DNA from: Hyaloraphidium curvatum SAG 235-1
Taxonomy: Eukaryota; Fungi; Monoblepharomycota
Direction: 5' to 3'
NCBI GenBank assembly: GCA_025558095.1
Contig: JAIVFI010000020.1
Location: 124,001-188,000 of the forward strand
Length of the DNA stretch: 64,000 nt
Shown: one piece after another, positions 57,473 through 64,000 of the stretch
Position numbering within the stretch: the stretch's first letter is position 1
Layout of the letters: each line of letters begins with the position of its first letter
The notes under the pieces: model-generated
Told to the model about the DNA's origin: nothing
What the model saw: the letters and a program-made list of their open reading frames with translations, nothing else
Databases searched by the model: none
Position numbers and translations under genes: made by a program

Positions 57473-59296
57473 ATGTCGGCCGCTGGGACCCTCTCGGTCC
57501 CAATCCCCCCCACGCCCCCGTACCTCCTCATGGCCGCCGTCTCCCTCCTCGTCGGCTCCGTCTTCCTCGTCGCCGTGCTCGCGCTGCAGTTCCCGAACCG
57601 CGCCATCTTCACGCGGAAGCGGACCGACGTGCCCCTCGTCAAGGGCGGGAAGCCCCTCATTGGCAACCTCTACGGCGGCCTGGAGCACCACGGGCGCCGG
57701 CTGGAGCGGGAGTTGGAGCAGGTCAAGGAGTACGGCATCGTCAGGAGGGCGACGGCGTGGCCAATCTTCAGGAAACCGGTCGACGCGCTCATCACGCACC
57801 ACCCGCAGGACGTCCGTGGGTGTTTTTGGGCGGTGTTTGCTCCTCCGTGTTCTCATTGACCCTGCCATTCGCAGAATTCGTGCTCTCGGACCCTTACCTG
57901 TTCATCAAGGATCACGGAAGCGACCCGACCTTCAAGGACATGCTCGGCGACGGAATCTTCATCTCTGACGGCCACGCTTGGGCCTCCAGCCGCAAGATCG
58001 CCTCCAAGCTGTTCACGGTCAAGTCCTTCCGCGACGTCTTCAGCCGCGACTTTGTCGAGGAGTGCGACCACCTCTCGGCGCACCTGCGCAAGGCGGCCGA
58101 CCAGGGCGCCGTCGTCGATCTGCAGGAGCTCCTGCTGAGGTGTACTCTGGACTCTTTCACGCGGTTGGCGTTGGGGAAGGACCCGGCCTGCTTGAGCGGG
58201 GAGGGCAAGGTCGTCGACGGACGGTGAGCTGATCGCCCTGCCGTGGCAGTTACGGCCAAGCTGATCCTCTTGTCGTTGCAGGTACACCCTTCCGCCCAGC
58301 GAGTTCATGACCATGTTCGATCTATTCGTGCTCCTGTGCTCGGTCAGGACCATCGACCCCCTCTGGCGCTTCAGCGAAGTCTTCAACGGCCGCGGCCGGA
58401 TGATCGCCGAGTGCAAGCGCGTCGTCCACGGCTTCGCCTCGGAGGTGATCGCCGAGAAGCGCCGCGCCAACGCCGCCAAGGCGGACCGCGAAAAAGCCGC
58501 AGACGACCGCTTCGACCTGCTTGACCACTTCATGCAGAGCCGCAACGACGACGGCTCGGACCTCACGGACGACCAGCTGCGCGACGCCGTGTCCAACTTC
58601 CTCCTCGCGGGCAGGGACACCACCGCGCAGACCCTGAGCTGGTGCTTCTGGGAGATCGCGCAGCGGCCCGAGGTGGCGGAGAAGCTGCGAGAGGAGGCGC
58701 TGCGCGTGCTCGGGCCCGACGGACCGACGACCTACGAAAGCCTGAAGGATCTGCAGTACACGTACTGCGTGTTCCAGGAGGTGCTGCGGCTGCACAGCAA
58801 CGTGCCCTCGATGGGCAAGATCGCCACCGCGGACACTGTCCTCCCCGGTACCGGGACGAAGGTCTATGCGGGGCAGGAGGTGAACTACTCGACCTTCGCC
58901 ATGGGCTACCTGCCCGAGGTCTGGGGCCCCGACGCCGCCGAGTTCCGCCCGGAGAGGTGGATGCTCCCCGGCGGCGGCGTCATGAAGCAAAATACGGTCA
59001 AGCACCCCGTATTCAACAGCGGTCCCCGGCTGTGCCTCGGGATGAACTTTGCGCAGCAGGAGGCGACTGGTGAGCGGCGCTCTGTTCCACTGCCGCTGCG
59101 CATGATTGCTGACCCATTCGCAGTCTTCCTTTCCACGCTCATCCGGAGGTTCAAGTTCACGCTTGTCAACGAGGACGACCCCGAAAAGTGGGGGGCGTGG
59201 AACCCGGATCCGGCCAAGCGGCAAGGCCGGTACACGGAGGCCATCACGCTGGGCCTTCGGAAAGGCGTCGACTTTGCCCTGACCCCTCTGATGTGA
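57473..59296 (+). CDS. Cytochrome P450 (fatty-acid hydroxylase-like), three introns
   Basis: N-terminal TM, LGDGIF, LLAGRDTTA, EVLR (ExxR), FRPERW, FNSGPRLCLG heme loop. Confidence 0.95.
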
Positions 59297-59940
59297 GGAT
59301 CGGCGATGGGCTTATTGGACAGAACCGCTGCGGGCGGGCTCGGGCGATCGGCGGAATGGCAGCCCGTGCGGGGCCGCCAGAAAAAGCAAATACATCGCAT
59401 CCACTTGCTTTGCTGCTTGATCGTGTCCGTCGAGTACTTGCCCGGGACTTTCGTGCGTGCTGATTCTCCCCCTCTGTGCCGGGGCGACATTCGCATGCGC
59501 TCCCGGAACGAGTTTTCCTTCACCGCACAACCCACCACCGCCCGCTCCCCCGGGCCGTCCTCCGCCGCTCCGCCGCCGCCTCGCTCGCGCGCGCCACCGG
59601 TCCCGCCGTCCGCCGCCGCGCTCCGCAGCCGCCCCGCCGCACCGCGCCCCGTGAGTGCCGCCGCCGGCCGGCCGCCCGCCGAAAGCGGGATCCGCGCCTC
59701 GGCCGCCGTCTCCGCGCTGCGACGACGATTCTAACAAGCGCCGCCTCGCCCATCCCGCCCCCCGTCGCCCGCTGCCGTGTGTTGTGCCGGTGCTTCCCCG
59801 CCGCCGCCCTCCCGCCCCGCTGCCCGCCCGCCGCGCACCGCGCCGGAACGCATTTCGCGCCGACCATCGCGCCTGGCCGCTGTTTTCATCGCGCCGCGCC
59901 GGCACGGCCCACAGGTGCGCCTTATCAGACGACTAGCCTG

Positions 59941-59973
59941 CTTTGAACGACCCGTGCGCCGGGGCGTTCAAAG
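59941..59973 (+). promoter_or_regulatory. Stem-loop in the SPE2 upstream region, 1 nt before a tiny uORF
   Basis: ctttgaacg-a-cccg tgcgc cggg-g-cgttcaaag: 13 bp with one mismatch. Confidence 0.6.
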
Positions 59974-59974
59974 T

Positions 59975-59992
59975 ATGAATAGTCGCCTTTGA
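59975..59992 (+). promoter_or_regulatory. Tiny uORF MNSRL* upstream of SPE2
   Basis: ATG AAT AGT CGC CTT TGA; could instead lie inside an intron that starts at 59915. Confidence 0.4.
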
Positions 59993-60100
59993 TTTCGACT
60001 CCGAAACTCGCAGTTTTGCCTACTCCAGCCAGGTGCGTTGGGCGGTGCCGTGTGGTTGCGCAAGCGAGGACTGACCGAGCCGTCCACCTCACCAGCTCGT

Positions 60101-60365
60101 ATGCCTTCTCCGCTCACCTCGGACTATTCTTTTCCTTACGACAGTGTAAAGGACATCCTCTACCGGTGCGGCGATGCGCAGGGCTTTGCTGAAGGCCTCG
60201 CTAACCTCTTTCTTGCGCAGCGTACACTTCGCGGACCACTACAGGTGACAAGCCCAAAGGCAGACCCCTTTGCGCTTGCCAGCGACAGACCACAGCTTTT
60301 GGCTGTGCACCGAACCCCGAAGGAACCACCTTAACCCGACCGGCCGTCGGCTGAAACCGACGTAA
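60101..60365 (+). promoter_or_regulatory. Predicted spliced 52-aa uORF in the AdoMetDC leader
   Basis: Exons 60101-60165, 60221-60244 and 60296-60365 give MPSPLTSDYSFPYDSVKDILYRVHFADHYSFWLCTEPRRNHLNPTGRRLKPT*, ending 57 nt before the SPE2 ATG. Confidence 0.65.
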
Positions 60366-60422
60366 AGCCACCACCGAACACTCCTCGCCGCATTCGATCC
60401 CCCGGTCACCGAGGGATACCGA

Positions 60423-62064
60423 ATGCTGGTGAAAGTCCCTCCCTTCCAGCCTTCGGGCCCTCCCAGCGATGTCGTTGTGAACGACGCCTCCGCGGCCGCT
60501 GATGCGGCCGACTCCCACGCCCCCAACTACGTCACGGCGTCGAGCTCCGGCTTTGAGGGGCCCGAGAAGCTCCTCGAGCTGTGGTTCTACCCCAACGCCG
60601 AAGACTGCGGCTACGACCCCACGGACCCGACCAGCACGCACACCCATGGCGACTGCGGCCTGCGCAAGGTCGCGCGCCCCGTCTGGGAGGACATGCTGGA
60701 CCTCGTGCACTGCAAGGTCCTCAGCGTCATCTCGAACGAGCACATGGACGCGTACCTGCTCTCGGAATCCTCCATGTTCGTGCACTCGCACAAGCTGATC
60801 CTCAAGACGTGCGGGACGACGACGCTGCTGCACGCCATCCCGCGCATCCTCGAGATCGCGCACAAGATGTGCGGGCTCACCTACGTCGACTCGTGTTTCT
60901 ACTCGCGCAAGAGCTTCATGTTCCCGGACAAGCAGACGTGGCCGCACGGCTCGTGGGCCGACGAGGTCAAGTACCTGGACCTCATCTTCAACCGCGGCCA
61001 CTTCCACACCTCGGCCTACATCGTCGGCAAGACCAACGACGACCACTGGAACCTCTACATCGCCACGCCCAAGTACTCCAAGGAGGACGAGGGCCGCACG
61101 CCCGAGGAGATCATGGACCTCGACGACGAGGAGGAGGAAAAGATCGACGCCGAGATGGACCGCATGTACCAGGACGACATCACGCTCGAGGTGCTCATGA
61201 CGGATCTGAACCCCGAGAAGATGAAGATGTTCTACAGCAAGGGCGAGGGCGACGACGGGCCCAGGGTCTACGTGGGTGTTTCCCTCTCGCATGGTCGCTG
61301 ACCGAATGCTTACTTTGCATGCGCAGCACGAGACGGGCATGGACGAGATCTACCCGCACTCGGTGGTCGACAGCTTCCTCTTCGACCCATGCGGCTTCTC
61401 GCTCAACGGCATGCTCGGCCCGTACTACTGGACCGTGCACGTGACACCCGAGGACCACTGCTCGTACGCCTCGCTCGAGTCCAACATCCCCATCACGGCC
61501 ATCGGCAAGGCGCCCGACTCGGAGCACGACCTGTACGGGTCGTACGAGGAGGTCGTGCGCAAGGTCGTCGAGGTCTTCGAGCCGGGCAAGTTCACGTGCA
61601 CGCTCTTCAGCCGCAAGCCCGACGAGCTCACGCGCGAGGAGTCCGACTCGGAGTCGGTGCAGTCGACCAACAGCGGCGGGTCCGGCGGCGGCACGCCCGT
61701 CATCACCGGCACCGTCACCCCGGCGTCGCAGGCCACCGTCGGCGGCAAGCCCGAGCGCGCCCTGTCGCCGGCCCGCAGCCGCGCCAGCAGCGCCGGTTCC
61801 AACGCGCGTTCGGTGCTCTCCCTCGACCCCATCATCGCGCAGGAGCACGCTCGCATGCTGCTGTCGTCCAAGACGGTCGTGGAAGGCTTCAGGCGCCGCG
61901 ACCGGATCGTATTCGACCTCGGCCGGTGGGACCTGGTGTTCTCGCAGTTTGCGCTGGGCAAGAAGCATCTCGCGGCGCGCAAGCCCATCGCGAACGGCAC
62001 GGCCAACGGGCTCAAGGTCCCCGGGGACAAGGACGGCGACGGGATCCCCGATCGCAAGAAGTGA
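60423..62064 (+). CDS. SPE2: S-adenosylmethionine decarboxylase proenzyme, intron 61272-61326
   Basis: FEGPEKLLELWF, DAYLLSESSMFV (autocleavage E|S), LILKTCGTTTLL, YSRKSFMFP, FDPCGFSLNG, WTVHVTPE..SYAS. Confidence 0.97.
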
Positions 62065-62226
62065 CTTTGACATTCCTGCACTTTTGTGCACCTTTGGTGG
62101 AGGGGGGATTCGCGGCCTCAGCCGCGGATGTGGAGAGGGAAGCACGGATATTCTCTCGCGGCGCGCGCGTATGCGCCGTTTCAGTGATATGGGTCTTGTA
62201 CGGGTGAGGGCAGGGTGCCCCGCGGT

Positions 62227-63903
62227 TCAAAGCCGCCAAAAATACAAGAGAGTGACAAAGGCTACAGAAATCGAGCTCCAAGAAGGCGTCCGTGCGTGCG
62301 CCGAGGCGAGCTTGCGCCGGCCGTCGGCCTCGCTCCACGATTCGATGGTGAAGAGCTGCCCGACCGCCTCGACCAGCTCCTCTTCGGTCCGATCGCCCCG
62401 CTGCGCCGTCCCCACGAACGCTGCCTGCCGGCCCCAGATCCTCACCGCGTACCTCGAGCTGCTGGGCAGCCCGCTGGGCACCTTCCAGGCCGCCTCCAGC
62501 CTGGTGTTTTCGACGCCGGCCTCGATCGTCGCCACAAGGGTGGATGCGAGATCGTAGCAATGCAGCTCGACGGTGTAAGACTCCAGCACGGCGTTTCTCA
62601 CGGTCCATTCCACGCTCGCGGGGAGGGATTTGGTCCATTTGTCTTCGGAAGATGGACCGCGGATGAGGATGAGGGGGTTCCGGAAAGAGGCCGAGGGCCA
62701 GGGGTTCGCGGTGCACGCCCAGAGGAGGCGGGAGGTGCCGTCGGCGGGCGATCCGTCACGGCGATGTAGAGGAAAGCCCCAGATGCGGAGAAAGTGGAAG
62801 GTTCCGGCTTCGAGGTCCGGAGGAAGCGGGATCGAGGCGGAGGTGCGCGTCATTGGCTGATCCCGCGCAAGGGGAATGCCGAGGAAGCAAGGTGCGGAAG
62901 CGTTGGAGCAATGGATATCCAGGTTCCACGAAGAGAGTGGGGTGCCTCGGTAGCTGAAGGAAACATGGAGTTCCGCACCCGGGATGAGCTCGTTGGACGG
63001 TGACGGGGACTGGAGGCGGAAGCTCGATGTCGACGGCGGCCGGGAAATGCAAAAAGGGTCGCTGGTGGCATTGACAAGCTGGTCCGGCACTCCAGTCCTC
63101 TCGAAGTCCTGCTCAGACATTCCGCTGACCCGATAGACGTAGTGACATCCTTCGGGCAGGGTGAACGGAATGCTCCAGTGCACCTCTGTCGTTCCCGGGC
63201 TTTGGTTTTCGGCAACCAAGATCCTCTGCAGATCAGTCTCGCTTTGGCTACCGGAAATCTGCCCGCGCGAAACCGGCCTGAGGTCCAGCAGTTCGACCGT
63301 CAAGGGCAGCAGGGCGCCCCAACCCGCCGCATCGAGTTCGACCCGGGCAACGGAGCCGGCGACGACCGGTCGCTCGGGAGCCGCCACCGAGAGGCCGCCA
63401 ATGGCAAAGTACTGCTCGCTGAGCGCGAACCGCGGTTTCGAGCCGTTCCCGGGGAAGGCAAGCAGCCGAAGGTAGTAGACCTTGGCGGGCTCCAAGTGGG
63501 GGACTGTCCACAGGAACGAGTCCGAATCCCCGGGCAGCCCGTTGGCGACACGAACCAGCGGGCGAGATTTGTTTGCCGCCGAAAAGAGGTCCAGCTGGAA
63601 CGACGCCGCGGAAAGAAAGGGCGGCGCCGCCCAACGGACCTCGGCGGCGGCACCGGCAAAGAGCACCGCGTCCGCCGGCGGCGCCAGCACAGAGAGCTCG
63701 TGCACCGGTGGCCGCATGCGAATCTGAGAGTCATGTTTCCTACCGGGCGCCGGCCGCAGAGGGTCCACCGCCTCGGCCGGGTACAGATGCGCTGCGACGG
63801 AGCGGGCGACGCGCACGGCTGTCCGCTCGGCCCCGCCGCCCGAGTAGAAGGCCCATGCCGCGACGCAGAGCAGGAGCACAAAGATTCTGAACGAATTCAG
63901 CAT
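62227..63903 (-). CDS. Cell-surface protein with about 4 Kre9/Ser-Thr-GPI-like beta-sandwich repeats and a hydrophobic C-terminus
   Basis: N-terminal hydrophobic MLNSFRIFVLLLCVAAWAFY; recurring W.VP..L....Y.LR and S..F.I units; C-terminal ISVAFVTLLYFWRL. Confidence 0.65.
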   Translation of the reverse strand: MLNSFRIFVLLLCVAAWAFYSGGGAERTAVRVARSVAAHLYPAEAVDPLRPAPGRKHDSQIRMRPPVHELSVLAPPADAVLFAGAAAEVRWAAPPFLSAASFQLDLFSAANKSRPLVRVANGLPGDSDSFLWTVPHLEPAKVYYLRLLAFPGNGSKPRFALSEQYFAIGGLSVAAPERPVVAGSVARVELDAAGWGALLPLTVELLDLRPVSRGQISGSQSETDLQRILVAENQSPGTTEVHWSIPFTLPEGCHYVYRVSGMSEQDFERTGVPDQLVNATSDPFCISRPPSTSSFRLQSPSPSNELIPGAELHVSFSYRGTPLSSWNLDIHCSNASAPCFLGIPLARDQPMTRTSASIPLPPDLEAGTFHFLRIWGFPLHRRDGSPADGTSRLLWACTANPWPSASFRNPLILIRGPSSEDKWTKSLPASVEWTVRNAVLESYTVELHCYDLASTLVATIEAGVENTRLEAAWKVPSGLPSSSRYAVRIWGRQAAFVGTAQRGDRTEEELVEAVGQLFTIESWSEADGRRKLASAHARTPSWSSISVAFVTLLYFWRL

Positions 63904-64000
63904 GGTCGCTGGTCGGAGAAGGTGACAGAGGGGGAGGAGCTCATCCGGAATTCGAGGCCGTTGGCCGGTTCGTAGTCCATTCTTACACAAGCAAATCCCA

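Noticed and set aside
59987-59992. CTT TGA as an antizyme- or RF2-like +1 frameshift site
   Set aside because: The +1 frame ends at a TAA near 60147 after an unremarkable peptide and does not reach SPE2 or either candidate uORF end.
1-64000. Prokaryotic origin, CRISPR arrays, tRNA or rRNA genes
   Set aside because: Spliceosomal introns and eukaryote-specific genes occur throughout, and no repeat-spacer arrays or structural RNA genes were recognisable by eye.

Overview
This window is GC-rich, gene-dense eukaryotic DNA with many short GT-AG introns (mostly about 50-90 nt, with a CTRAC branch site close to the 3' AG). The gene content (chitin deacetylases, RRP40, TPA1/OGFOD1, SPE2, a fungal-type P450) fits an early-diverging zoosporic fungus. 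Monoblepharidomycete/chytrid-like is my inference. I can support about 40 genes or gene relics. These are housekeeping genes (SCOT, RRP40, OGFOD1, sulfurtransferase, ECH1, THUMP methyltransferase, CHERP-like, AdoMetDC), two tandem duplications (Tyr-less SDRs and type-II-membrane chitin deacetylases), several bacterial-looking enzymes (Mug, nucleoside 2-deoxyribosyltransferase, RraA-like aldolase, amidohydrolase, cupin, a three-repeat secreted protein), lineage-specific families (MYND, F-box-like, multi-TM proteins resembling gustatory receptors), several decaying pseudogenes and a non-LTR retrotransposon 3' fragment. The most striking signal is the leader of the AdoMetDC (SPE2) gene at about 59.9-60.4 kb. 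It holds a hairpin, a tiny uORF and predicted introns. Splicing these out gives a 52-aa AUG uORF ending KPT-stop, overlapped in another frame by a non-AUG ORF ending PP-stop, which looks like a polyamine-sensing translational control module. All exon boundaries are read by eye and are approximate, and all family assignments come from motif recognition, not database searches.
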